A stretch of 64,000 nucleotides of DNA from contig OZ210885.1 in NCBI GenBank assembly GCA_964658305.1, forward strand, positions 22,754,001-22,818,000, in the 5' to 3' direction. The notes under the pieces were generated by a model. It saw only the letters and a list, made by a program, of their open reading frames with translations. It did no database searches and was not told the DNA's origin. Both the position numbers and the translations under genes were made by a program. This document shows positions 13,413 through 26,995 of this stretch, piece after piece. This DNA comes from Leptogorgia sarmentosa. Taxonomy: Eukaryota. Positions within the stretch are counted from its first letter, which is position 1. Every line of letters begins with the position of its first letter.

Positions 13413-15595
13413 TACAAACATCATACAATCATATACACACACCAAGTCACCATAATATTGTATTTTGATTTTCTAATTTCCACATTAGAATATCTGTCTT
13501 CCACTATTGATTCGCTGTGCAACCAATACCCCAACTGTGGTATCATCCTTCTTGGAGACTTCAATGACCTGGAAACCTCAATCCTCTCAACTAGACACAA
13601 TTTGAAACAAGTCGTCAAAGCCCCCACTAGAGGTTCATCAATCCTTGATCTCATCATTAGCAACTTATCGAAGTATTATCAAACCCCACAACTCCTACCA
13701 CCACTTGGATCATCCGACCATAATATCGTACTATGGGCCACCTCTTCAAACCATACTAGCCATTGTTCTGAACCTAAAGTCATCAAGTATACGACGCGTC
13801 GGTTTCCCCAATTTAGTATAGATGCCTTCGGAAGGTAAGCCTCAACGCGTAAATGGTTTGAGGAAGCAGCTCCTAACGGTACGGTGGATGACCTAGCATC
13901 TTCCTTCACATTACAACTGGCCCGGGCAATTGATCGTTTCTTCCCTCCTAGAACATCGAAACGACATATCACTGACAAACCTTGGATAACACCAGAAATC
14001 AAGAACCCTTTAAAAGACCGCCAGAAAGCCTTCCACAGTAACAATACCCCCCTTTGGCGATTATTGAAAAATAAAGTACAACTTGAAATTACGAAAAAGA
14101 AAAAGTCATTTTACAGAAATAAAGTCAACCACTTAAAGTCTAGCGACACCCGTAAAGGGTGGAAAATGGTAAACAAAATGTCGGGAAAACCTGAGAAAAT
14201 CAGAGTACCTAACCCAAACTCTGTGCACTTCCAACCCACAAAGCAACAGGCCCTGATGAAATCCCAAACCGAATTCTGAAAGAGTTCGCTTTTATTCTAG
14301 CAGAACCAATCGCTACCATTTTTAATAAGTCACTCTCTTCTAGTACCGTTCCAAAAATCTGGAAAGAAGCAAACGTCGTTCCAATCCCGAAGATCAATCA
14401 ACCAGAGAGCGAAAGCGACACTAGACCTATATCCCTTACCCCAGGCCTATCTAAAGTCCTGGAAGACTTTGTGGTCAGATGGATGTTGGATGACCTAAAC
14501 GGGAAGATCGACCCTTGCCAATTCGGTTGCCTAAAAGGCCTATCGACTACTTACTGTCTCCTTGACATGATCCATACTTGGTTATCCCACCTTGATTCAC
14601 AGAATAAACATATTCGCATCTGCTTTTTGGATTTCTCGAAAGCGTTTGATCGAATTGGCTATAATATTCTTATTGACAAACTGATCGACCTGGGTGTTAG
14701 AAGATCTCTTATTCCATGGATAATTAATTTCCTAACAAACCGAAGACAACGAGTAAAAATTGGTAGATCACTTTCTAATTGGCTCCCTGTGACAGCTGGG
14801 GTCCCCCAAGGAACCAAACTAGGCCCTATTTTATTCCTCGTCATGGTTAACGATTTGAACATAAGCTCACCTGATACGAAAATGTGGAAGTTTGTAGACG
14901 ATTGCACGGTGTCCAAACACCTTACTAGGAATATACCGTCAGCTACTCAACCAACCCTTAACCTCATCGAATCATGGTGTTCCAACAATTGGATGATTCT
15001 TAACCCAATAAAATGTAAAGAACTTAGAATATGCTACCTGAAAAGGGCCGTCGAACTCCAACCCTTAACAATCGCAGGACGCGAACTAGAAATAGTTCAA
15101 TCCCACAAAGCATTAGGCTTAATCATTCAAAACAATCTGAAATGGGCCAAACATATTCGATCCATAATCGCGAAAGGTTCCAAACGTTTGCACATCCTCA
15201 GAATTTTGCGACGGAGCGGCATCCTACCAGCTGACCTCATTAAAATATATTCCGCCCTGATTCGCTCGATTTTGGAATATAGTTGCGAAGTTTGGAGTAA
15301 TTCGTTGCCTCAATATCATTCTGACAAATTGGAAGGTCCACGAACGCGAGCAATGCATATTATATTTCCTGGTCATCCCTACAACGAAGCATTGGTGATG
15401 GCGGGTTGCGAAAGATTAGATAATAGACGAAACACAATCTGTGTAAAATCTTTGGAAAAAATTATTAAACATGGCCCCCTAAAGGAACACGTATTGCAAA
15501 CCAGAGCAACTGCTCACCAACACAATACCAGGAATTCAAACGACTTATCATTATACAAGTGTAGAACAGAACGCTTCAAAAACAGCTTCTTCTTA
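13413..15595 (+). mobile_element. Decayed CR1/L2-group LINE (Daphne-like), 5' truncated
   Basis: APE C-terminal motifs GDFN, PTRG..ILDL and SDH; RT motifs QFG, DFSKAFD, GVPQGTKLGP and KFVDD. Stop at 13836-13838 and an internal deletion/frameshift near 14205. Confidence 0.85.
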
Positions 15596-18500
15596 TTTGT
15601 ACCAATCAATACATATATGTATAACAATCATTCACTCATTGTAGTAGCTAAGTGCATACTAAATATATTCCGTCTTTTTTTATAGAGGCTGTTCATATTG
15701 CTCAAATTTGAATATTGCTGAAATTTTATATTTCTTTAAATCACAATCATACACCATGAGGTTGTTTATGGCAAAAATACAGCCCGGTTAACTAACATAA
15801 CAAAACAGTAAAAGGTAAATTCAATAATTATACAAAAGACAGTTTCTTGAGTTCTACCCAGCAGACTGCAATCTTCAAATTTCATGTGAAACAAAGCCCA
15901 CTTGAACCAAACCTGAGTGCAATGTCCATACATCTTGAGAATGCATCGAAGGTGGCATGCTTTACTGGCAACACCAAACTGAAGAAGCAGCTCTCGGCCA
16001 TTGGCAACTCCATGTCACCATCATTATCAAATGACACTTGCATAGTTTGTGACCGAACAGGTAACATATTGCTTCCTGTCCAGAAGCTGCATAAATCAGC
16101 CAATTCTACACCATCTATAAAGTCCACAGTTGAAAAATCAATATAAAGTATTCTGGCATGGGTGTTATTCTATGGTCTCAAACTTCTACATTCTCAAACT
16201 GTACTGCACCTTGTTTCTGCCCTTGAAGGTTGTCTATATACTGGAAAAGGAAATCCAGAGCTGTTTGATTCCTTTCTGTTAATGAATCAGGGACTTCAAT
16301 TTGCCTTATAAATTCTGCTGCAGAAATTTGACACATTTCTCTTGTTGGGAACAGCTGGGCAATCACTCCTGGATTTCTTTCTATGAACGATTTAAGGCCC
16401 ACTGTCTGCATTCCTGTATGGCAAACAATGCTTGTCATCAAAGAATATACAGCTAATATAAACAATAACTTAAATGTTCCTTGGCAGGACATGACACACA
16501 TGCACCCACACATACTCCCTTGCCCTTACACACACACACATATGTGCACAATCGTACAACACCTTTGCAGATAACATGTGATATATATTGTATGTACCCA
16601 CCAAATGAGATGTCGTCAAGTTCCAGTTTTCTCTTTTCAATAACAAAAAATAATAGGAGGCCTTGAAGCACTATTTCTTTGTTGGAATGAAGCAGTTCTA
16701 CATCAATGCCAGCTTCAAGGAGGTACGGAGTCAGATTCTCAACAAGGGTACTAGATAAAGAAGCATCACTAGGACACTGTTGTATCTGAAAGACAAAATT
16801 TAGAACATCAGTTATGCACAAGTCAATTGTATTGTATCATTGCTGAATCATGCAATTGTCAAATACAGTACATACAATTAAAGTGTTATGTTACAAATTT
16901 TGAAGTAGTGTATCTAATAACTTACCTCTTCTAACATTTCTTGAAGCTCAACATCTGGAACATCTTTGATAACGAGTGGCGGTGGACATACTGTTGCATC
17001 CTCACCAGACTTATAAGTGAAATAATGTTTAACAGCTGGTGATAAACCAGCTAGACCACATCCACCATGGAGGAAAGAATGCCCCAAGATTCTTCCAATT
17101 GCCTTGAAGCTACCTGTTTGCCTCAAAGCTTGGTTGTGTACTGGAACCTTGTGGTCATCATTGCCTTCTAAATAAATCATGGGTTTCGAGGGAAAATCAA
17201 TTCCCTCTTCTACCAGCTTTATGCTTGATAAGAAAAACTCTCTGAGCGGACCATTTCCCGCACCCTCTTCTCCTTCGAATCTAACTCTGGGTCTTGCTGT
17301 TAGCCTGGTATTTGGGTTTTTGTAAATCCCCAGTATGTCGAGCTTCAACTGCTCAATGCCCTCACTCCGGCAGACAGAGAACAACTGGCGTGGAGTTGTG
17401 CTGTCAATCATGCTTTCTTTGAATGCATTAACCGCCTGTGGAAGTGAATGTGCACTCTCATCAATGACAGTAGTTGAAACTAGGGGTCTATTGAAGGCCT
17501 CTTCAATATCACTGTCATCTGAACTAGTAACATTCCCATAATCTAAAACAAAAAGACACAAACAATTATTACTCCAGTGATGATCTTGGAGGACAAACGA
17601 TATGTCTCTGTACTCAAAGGAATTTTAAACAAAGCCTAATTGAGGTACCATGGTCGTCACAAAGTAGTAGGAGTAGATGTTGCCTCAACTCGTACTCTTT
17701 GAACTGAAATTCCTTTACCTATCAATTTTACCCTAGCCCCCCATACACACAAAGCAAAAAAAAAATAAATAAAAAATAGCTGTACATGTGTACATACTGA
17801 CCTTGTCTTAGAATCAATTCTGTTGCTGCTGCTATGCTGTAGTTTGCATCGTGCAGAATTACTTGCAGCTGAGATTGCGGCTAGATTGCAGAATACCCAG
17901 CCACTAGTCATATGTCACTGCGTAGCCATAATTTCAGTGGCTACTGGCTACGCAGTCATACGCGAATCACACGCGTGATTTAGTCATCTATCACTGTGTA
18001 GCCACTCTTGTGGTGGCTACGCAGTTACGCCGTCACGCGTTATCAAATTTGAAAATGCGTGCATCTGAATAATTAATGGTTTCACTGTAAACATACAAAA
18101 ATTCACTAAAAAATATTATAATAAAAAATATTTGCATGTAATTTCTGTACACTAGTAATTTAAAAGCATGCCTACAATATGTAATATCCTCATTCAAAAG
18201 ATTTTTCACGCACAATATATATGGAATATTTAATAGGAAGCTTTACTTTGATAATATTTAGGAATTCGCTTTTTACTAATTATCACTGCGATATTGTTAG
18301 GGTCGTTTACTGTTTGGGTTAGGGTTTCCTCTTTTCCTATAAAAATAATTATCACTGCGATATTGTTAGGGTCAGGGTTTACTGTTTGGGTTAGGGTTTA
18401 CAGGGTCTAAATCATTGAGCGCCAATATTATTGATACTTAGTTAATGATTGTACTTGTACTAACAAACTACACTCGCCCGAAGAAATGGTATTATTACGA

Positions 18501-18602
18501 CTACTTTAATTTTCTTAAATAAGACACAGTTTATCTAATCTATAGCTAAAAATCTGTAATTATGTCCTCGATACACACATTCTTTAATTGTATAATATAG
18601 TT

Positions 18603-19490
18603 TTAAAAATCTCCAAATATTTTTTTCATGTCCAAAATAAATGTTGAAAATAAATCTTTTTCCTTATTCTCATAGCGCCACATAAATTCCGCTAGGTGCG
18701 AAGAAAATGCTATCTTTCGCACACCGAAAGTTGGAAGTTTACACTTGGCTTGTCGCCAATGCGCCTCAATCTTGTTTGTGTGAAATCCCTCGCTATTAAC
18801 AAATTCTTTCGAATGATTAACCAATCGATGCTCATAACCGTGCTTGGTTAAATTGATGTAACCTTTCCAGCAATCTGAAACAATCGTCGTTCCCTTTTCA
18901 ATGTGTCGTTCAATTAACGGAAGTAAGGTTGCTTCATCACGTTTGTCCACTGCTACCATAAAACTACGGCGTGTTTCCTCTTCAATGCCGCCAAAAACCC
19001 ACTGTCCTTCTACACAATGGCCTCTGTGGTATTTTCGTTTGCCAAATTTGCTCTCATCGATTTGAACAATTTTGCCGGGTCCACCAATCTTTTCCTCGCG
19101 CTCTAAAAGTGCTACTTCACATGTCTCACGACAAAAACTATCCCAATCCACTGCTGTGTTACTCGCAAGGTTCAATTCGTGACGAATCTGTTCTTGTTTC
19201 ACGTCCGACACCACAATACGTAAATTTGAGAATTTCCTCGATTGTCATGTTACTTTTCTCAAACCAACTACCACGCCAAATCGAAATCTCTGTCCTGTGT
19301 CTCTTCCCTGCCTCTTGTCTTCGACATTCCCATTTGTATCCATCTGACCTGTCTTTGCATTCCACTATATTCATCTTTTTATTACAATGTCCACAAACTC
19401 TTTCGCGCGCAATCAGTTCTTCGTTCATACACCACTGTATACAAGTAAGTTTGCTACATAAAACTTCATCTTTTAACCGGTCTTATGTCC
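18603..19490 (-). pseudogene. Merlin/IS1595-family DDE transposase, frameshifted
   Basis: Zn ribbon CGHC...DGYKWEC; motifs VQIDESKFGKRKYHRG, WVFGGIE, IVSDCWKGY, VNHS and HTNKIEAHW. Frameshift near 19215 and an upstream in-frame stop. Confidence 0.9.
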
Positions 19491-19891
19491 ATCTTGCCGT
19501 CCTACCGCTTCGATTGTAACTGTTTTCCCCGCCTTCACACTGTGACTCTGCATCCTTCGAACCAATATACGATAATTCAGTTTGTGAAATGCGATCATTC
19601 TTTATTATTTTTGATACTTTTGGTGCTACCTGCACTCCGCGATCCATTTTCTATATATACTCAATGATAAGTGAAATGATATTCAAACCGCTTCAAAATA
19701 CTCTTCATCCTACGCATGTCTTTGGCCAATCGAATGCGTTCAAATTCACCTGTGAACGTCGAGTGATACCAACGGAAATGCCTTCATTGAGCCCCCCTAT
19801 ATGATTACAATAAAACCAGCTAACATTTCATATACCACCTCTTCTCGACTTAATATACTTAAAATTATTACTTAAATAACTTAATTTAGTC

Positions 19892-21004
19892 ATGGCTACA
19901 TCTAATCCTTTGACAAAGGTTGCAAGACAGCATGAAACTACGTGGACACTACTTCACAAAAGAATTTCTAACGTGCCCTTTCAATTCGAAGAAATTTTCT
20001 CGGAGGATATCGCTACCTTTCTTCGACACAAATCAATTTCTCTAAACAGCTCGATTGGCTACTTCACGCCTGCCCTACTAACAACTACGGCCTTTTTGTC
20101 TGGAAAGAATGGACGTACAGTGGAAACCTTGACGCACGAGCAACCAATGAACATCTATGGCATTTTTGTGGGCTATCCATGTACAGGAAAGTCGTCAGCA
20201 ATACAACATGCTTGTCTTGCGCCAATGGCCGAGTTCTTCGGAGATGATAATTCGCGAGTTCTACTTGACAGAACAACATCTTCTGGTCTCGTAAAGCATC
20301 TCTCAACGCAAGAAAGCGCGTTTATAGTCTCACCAGAGATCTATGATGTGCTAAACAAGTTGCTCAAAAACGATGAAGACAACGCGAGTGGTGATGCGAT
20401 GCTTTGGTTTGTGCAAGCTATTTTCCGGAGAACCATGCAGCTACAATTATTCGACGGAAAAGACGCGAGATATCCCTTCCAATGCACCTTTCTCGATACT
20501 TGGCTGCACCCAAATGCCCAACATTGCGAAGTTAATAGCGAGAATGGACAATGGTCAAGGGTTAGTCGACCGCTTCCTAGTTGCTGCCCCCTGGCGCTTT
20601 GTCCGACATCCGACAAAGTAGAACAATCTTGCACGTACCTTTCAACCGAAGCAGACGACACATTAAAAGAAACTTTTCATTATATATCTCGATGCCAAGA
20701 AGATCAATCCACCACTTATACCTTCCACGAAGATGCCAAACAATTGCTAAAATCCCTGAAAGACAACTTCATTACCGACGTTAACGAGGCAATCCAAGAT
20801 GGATCCTTTGTACCACCAAAATCTAAGAAGCTTGATCTAATTCCACGGGTAGCTGCAAGTCTTCATGTCTTTACAACTGCCCTGTACAATTTCCTGTCAG
20901 GACATACAGAAAACCAAATCCCGGCGACGATTTCGCGAAATACCTTAGAATGTGCAGTTAAATATGTCAATCATCTGGAAATGCAAAAGCACATGCTATG
21001 CCAA
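19892..21004 (+). pseudogene. DUF3987-like P-loop ATPase (primase-helicase related), first exon, two compensating frameshifts
   Basis: Walker A GYPCTGKS and Walker B-like FIVSPE. The alternative frame (20373..20621) supplies LCKLFSGE, SILGCTQ and the arginine-finger-like GLVDRFL. Donor GTGAGT at 21005. Confidence 0.6.
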
Positions 21005-21173
21005 GTGAGTTTTTTTACAGAAATAGCTATAAAACTACACTATTTTAAAGATAGCACTCGTTTTCCGGCGTAAAGATCTAGATAGCTTCGCCATGTCGCA
21101 ATCGTAAATTTTAAAAATTTGATATGACAACTTAATACTTCACGCTCTTAGTCGGAAAATTCAGACAAATTGA

Positions 21174-24092
21174 GTGGAACACGTTCTAGAACGCGTTTTT
21201 CATTTCCAATACTGTTTGATGAAATACTTTAGATGTCAACACTATACGAGGTATGAAGGCACAAAATGCCCTGGAGATATTTTGGCAAAAAAACCAAACA
21301 AACGATTCAAGAACACGAACTGTCCATTTTCTCTTGTCGTGAAAATTGGGAAAAATGCACAATCAGCAGATTTTTACTCCACAATCAACATTGAGTGGAA
21401 TCACAATCATACTGTTGCTGCTCTGCATTTGTTAAGCTTCAAAGACATACCAACACCTGTAGTAGATAAAATTTTGGACATGTTGGACAATGGTCTCTTA
21501 CCAGCAACTGCTTATCAAGAATTTCTTCGGCAGTTAAGGAGTGAGTGTAAGGATGATATCGAATATCACAAACGACTTTCAGATCGCTCACAAGCTCCAA
21601 GAAGAAAGGATTTCAATGACATATACACAAACTTTAAGAAGGAGCGCTTTGGCACTGCTAGCTTGGCTGATATGTTCTGTGCCCTTGAAGAGAAAGTAAA
21701 GAATCTTAAAGAAAAAGATGATGATTATACTGTCAAATTTCAAAAATTTGACGAAGAAATTGATCAACCTTTCATCTTGGTGGTGATAACACCACTGATG
21801 AAAAGGGTTCACAAACTGGTATGAGCTTAATATTTTGCAGTAGAAATGCACACAAACACCTAAAGAGGTGCCCATGTCAGCTGCCACTTCCAAACCCTTT
21901 TTGTACATGGGATGTGTAAGGTTGGCCTGATGTACTGGGAATGCTCACACCATCTTTTGTTTAATAAGATGTAGTCAATGAGTCAGATGATCTAATGTTA
22001 TATATTTTCTTGCTTACATATATTTTATGCTTTATTTGTTGCTACAGGTACCTCAGTCCAAAGATTTGGCATTTATTGACTCATCTTCAAATATGGAGGA
22101 GTACAACCTTAGAGTCTTTCTAATGGTGACACAAAGTGCTTGTGGGGCTCTTCCCCTGGCAATTTGTCACAAGTGATGAAAAAGAACAAACACTGAAAGA
22201 TGCTTTAGAGATGCTAATATCATGTTTACCTGATTATGCTTTTTATGGTAAACAATTTCCTAAAGTTGTTATGACGGATAACTGTTATGAATTGCAATCC
22301 GCTCTAAGTGAAGTCTGGCCTGGCGTTGTTTGCCTTCTATGTGTATGGCGTTGGTTGCATGAAAAAAACAATTCCATCACCATGGAGGATAGACCTAAAC
22401 TTCTTCTGGCATTCAAAAGAATTTTGTATGCTGAAAGTGAAGATGACATGCAGAATTATTTTGATGATCTTGTTTGTGACACAGCACCCAATTATCCTGG
22501 TTTCGTGAAGTATATCACTAATGTTTTTGAGGAATGTGAGGCATGGGCAATGTGCTATCGTGTTGAATTGCCACTGAGGGGAAACAACACAAATAATCTT
22601 TATGAGGCACAGTTTCTTGTTATTAAAGACACAATCTTGAGCAGACAAAAGGAAGTAAACATAGTCGGACTAATGGACAAACTAACAAATGAGCTTGATC
22701 AACATTATTCCAATAAACTTTTATCTGTGTCATCAGGTTAGTTAGAAGCACTACATTAATTAGTGAGGGATAGGGGCAAATAGTCCTACATTTGTGGTCT
22801 TCTGAACTAATCCTCTCAGAACCCCCCCCCCCTGGATAAATATTAGCAGGTGGAGTGCTGTGCAGCAAGTGGAAAATTGAGGTGACATTTCCTGAGTGAT
22901 CTGATACTATTTCTGACTTCTTATTTATGATCTTAACCCATTTTTCTTGAAGGTAAATTTGATGGTGTGTACAGCAGGCGGTTTCATGGTGTGGGAAAGA
23001 AAAAGTCAGAGGGAATTGGATATGTGATACCCAGTACTGAAAAGCAGAAAGAGATGATCGAGAACACAGTTGAAGTTGGTGACAACTTATATCTCTTCCC
23101 AAGTCTATCTGATGAAGGAGTTCAATATCTTGTGGACATGGGGACTGGAGTTTGTCAGTGCAAGACTGGTAAAAATGGTGCACCATGTAAACACCAATAT
23201 ATTCTGTGGGTTAATAAAGTGTCAGATGCAATTAACTTCTTGCCAGTTTTTAGCAAGGAACAACGACAGATGTATGCTGAAATTGCAATTGGGTCAGCAC
23301 TGCCTTTGCATTTTTATGAAGGCTTGCATGATCAGGTTCTAACCTTGCCTGAACCTATACATGCTGAACCATCTTTGCAATCTGACCCAGCTAGAGCCAT
23401 AGCAGAAGGATTGCCAGGTAATACAATGTGTACTGTTTGCTTGCTGGTAATACAGTGTGTACTGTTTGCTTGCCGGATGCCCCTGAAATATTGGGTAACT
23501 CTGCCTCAGTATGGTACCTAATGCGAATTACACACTGTCAAGTTTCTATATAAAATGCAACCTACATGAAGTCCTATTATGTGCTTATAATATTACTGGC
23601 TCTGTTTTTGTAGTGGCCAGAAGAGATATCCCTCAAGATTTAATCAGTATAGATGAATGCAGCCAAGCTATCACACACGCCTTTGATTATGTGAAAGAGA
23701 AACTTGATTCGGCTGACCAAAATCTCCTGAAAGGTTTAATGAAATTTGCAGACAGAATAACAAAGATGCCAACATCAAAGCTTGCAACCAGTTTCCACTC
23801 ATTTGGAACTCAAGCAGTATTGAACACACGCCTCACAACTACATCGGTTGTGAAGAAAAGAAAACGGGGGAAAATTCATGTCCAACCAGAATCTGTGAAG
23901 AGACGAAGGATGGCAAATGGTTCAAAGGCATCCCAGAGCAAAGGACAAACTTGCAAAAACAATCCTTTCCAGAAAGAGGCTGGAAAACCCAAACGTTCAA
24001 ATCAGTTTGCAGAGAATGTGAGAAGGAACGAGCCTGTAGCAAAGAAAAGTGGAAGAACAATGGCAACAAAGACAAGACTTTATGGACCTTGA
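21174..24092 (+). pseudogene. Spliced MULE-type DDE transposase with a SWIM finger
   Basis: Exons about 21174-21818, 22048-22736, 22953-23417 and 23614-24092. N-terminal CPF...HNH; D in FIDSS, D in VMTDN, E in NNLYEAQF; SWIM CQCKTGKNGAPCKH. Frameshift near 22160 and loss of the CxxH segment. Confidence 0.8.
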
Positions 24093-24250
24093 GGGTGACA
24101 AAAATTTATTTCTGAACATAAAATATCAGCATTGTTAATTACACTGTCAATGCAAGAAAATAACTAATAAATGTGAACATAAGCATGTACATCAGGTCAA
24201 TGGTGCTGTAATATAAAATAATGTCAAATTACAATTAGTTTAAGTGAATG

Positions 24251-26116
24251 TTATACACATTTCTTTTCGTGCCTTATCATGCTGAATTTTGTTGTGAACT
24301 TGGTATTGCAATGTTGACAACCAAATGTCTTTTGGCTTCCACTATGTACATTGAAGTGTCGTTTCAAAGATGACTGTGCTGCAAACAGTTTATTGCATAT
24401 CTCGCATCTGTATTTTTCTTCGTGAATAGCTTTAGAATGTCTTTTTAATGCAAGATGGTTAGGAAAGGTCTTGTCACATTCGGTACACATGCATTCTTTG
24501 CAATTCTTTTCATGGTATGTAGCATCTTTTGCCCTTGGAAATGACTTGTGACATGTTCTGCATTCGTATGATATGATTCCACAATCTATGTCCTCTCTCA
24601 TAAGTTGTCCTTTCTTTTTCCAATCCTATCAACTCAAACATTACAGTGACCCAAGTATTTAATATAACAATAATCTCTTTCTTCATAACACGAGATATTA
24701 ATATGAGAGCCCAACACACAATGTTTAATAAAGCCATTAAAAATTTTAAGAAGATAATAATTTTTATGTTATGTTAAAATTATTCTCTGTTTATAATGGC
24801 TTAATTAAAAATTGTATGTTGGATTCTTATATATTCAGCTTGGCAAATCTCTATTATTGTGCATGGTGCAAATGATAATGTTTTCTGTCTCTTGGAACAA
24901 TTAAGAATTCATGCTGAGGGTGTGTACTACCAGTATGAATAGTATTAAACAGTATAAAAGTTCACACTTGAACATATTGAGTTTTTTCTACTTACTTTTT
25001 GTACTTCTAATGAGCACCTTTTCCACATACTAGATGTAGTTTTACTCATCTCACCAATGTCTGCTTCTGGTAGTTTCTCTTTTACAAGACCCTATCAAAA
25101 TGTTAATAATTCAAATGTGCCATAGATATTTTCCCCTGCAACACTGCATCCCAATGTGCCATGCAAGTTTCAATGGCCATCCTGTCATATCGGTGAGTGA
25201 GCAAAAATATTACTAACTGCAGCATTAAATCTCTCCTGTTAATCAGTAGTTTAGTGGATAGATAGGCAATTACATGCTTGATGGCATGCATGTCAGGAAA
25301 TAGTTATACATATTTAGCAAAGAATGTGTTTTCATTCTGGATTGGTCAACGTTACACTAAATACTGTAGTGTACATTGGTGCAACCAGATATAAAAAATA
25401 AGTCCAAATTCATATCCTACAAATACATAAAAAATGCGCGAAAGAAATATATTCCATGCTCACTTATAAACATATTTTAAAAAGTAAAAACAATGTCAGA
25501 TTCATTGACAACACTCTCCATTACTGCCAGCTGATCTGACTGTGAGTAAAAGGCCTGCAATTAGCTACCAAATAGTATTTCATTTCGCTACTTTAAGCAC
25601 TTATATCTTTCATTTTCCTTCATGAAACTTGCTGAAACTTATGTTTGTCGGACTAACTTATATTTGTTAAGTCATTGCTTGCTTCGATCGTCACGTGAAA
25701 TTGCTTTGGTGAAGGTAATTTTTGTAAACACTTCTGCCTAATGTACGTTCAAATTATTCATTTCTCAGAGGCATTGTTGCGTACGTTTAGCAACAAAAAG
25801 TTAATGATACATCACAAAAACGTGTTTTGTTTACAAAAGAAATGTCTCATAAGTAAAAAATCATTTGTTTAAGACTAGCTGAATGATTCGAGGCAATTAT
25901 GCTTGTCAAATGAATAATTCAATACAATACGACTAATTTGAATTGCAAATATCAGCCCATTTTCATACACCTATAGTAAACTTAACCACTGCTTCAAAAA
26001 TTTAATAAAATGTTTCTAATACTTACAGCTATGCTTCGATAAAAAGCATGATATCCCGTGAATTTCGTGGATGTTTTCTCGCTTTCGTCTCCGTTTTCTG
26101 CGTTGACAGTTGCCAT
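24251..26116 (-). CDS. HMG-box-like + four C2H2/C2HC zinc-finger protein, 186 aa, three exons
   Basis: Exons 26116-26027 (90 nt), 25091-24996 (96 nt) and 24625-24251 (375 nt), all phase 0 with GT-AG and no stops. The joined sequence FTGYHAFYRSIAGLVKEKLPEADIGEMSKTTSSMWKRCSLEVQKDWKKK resembles an HMG box. Confidence 0.75.
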
Positions 26117-26321
26117 GATTAATATTTTCCATCTTGACTTCAAAACAAGTGCAAATATGATACAAAAGGGGAATATTAGGAGTAACAAGGAGTAACATGA
26201 ATTTCAGTGCTTTCGAAAGGGATTCCGCTGATCGTAAGAAACTGGGGGCGCAGAAAAATGAGGTGTTCGACCATCTCGGAGGTGTCCGACCGTCGACGGA
26301 ATCGAAATTTGCCGCGTCGCC

Positions 26322-26995
26322 ACTCAAAAATATACTTCCCTTAACATTACGTAATTATTAAGATGCCTCGTTCTCATTGTCAACTCACTGCGTAGCTGCG
26401 TAGCTACGTAGCTGCGTAGCCACTCACAAATATACTTCCCTTAACATTACGTAATTATTAAGAATTATTAAGATGCCTCGTTCTCATTGTCAACTCACTG
26501 CGTAGCCACGTAGCCACTCACAAATATACTTCCCTTAACATTACGTAATTATTAAGATGCCTCGTTCTCAATGCCAACTCACTGCGTAGCCGCGTAGCCA
26601 CTCACAAATATACTTCCCTTAATATTACGTAATTAAATCAAATGTCGCGTAAGATTGGGGTTTACGTTAGACTTAGAACTTTTTTACTTTTAGGGTCTCG
26701 CTTTACTTTTAGGGTTTAAATTACGTCATTATTTCAAATGCTTCGTTCTCCCATAAGTTTACAGCGTAGCCACTGAAAAATATACCTATCTAATCATTAC
26801 GTCATTTTAACTTTCACTGCGTAGCCACGTAGCCACTGAAAAATATACCTACCATATCACTACGTCATTAAATCAAATGTCGCGTAGGATTTCGGTTCAC
26901 GTTAGAGTTAGAATTAATATAGCTAGTAAGATCAGCATTGCGTGATATATTTTGCCTCGTTCTGAAAACTCACTGCGTAGCCGCGTAGCCACATC
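26322..26995. repeat. Merlin right subterminal array (about 80-100 bp units with CACTGCGTAGCC)
   Basis: Repeated actcacaaatatacttcccttaacattacgtaatta...actcactgcgtagcc; the same core occurs at 17916-18026. Confidence 0.85.

Noticed and set aside
18280..18410. TTAGGG-containing repeats as interstitial telomere
   Set aside because: Only scattered copies within two direct repeats inside the Merlin; similar tracts occur in other elements here.
18971..19519. 182 aa + strand ORF and many other short antisense ORFs
   Set aside because: Shadows of real genes on the opposite strand, with no recognisable motifs.
19892..21073. 393 aa ORF as an intact protein
   Set aside because: The conserved motifs switch frame at about 20405-20590, and a splice donor at 21005 precedes the stop.
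26322..26995. Repeat-spacer-like pattern
   Set aside because: The intervening sequences are themselves repeated; this is the Merlin subterminal array.
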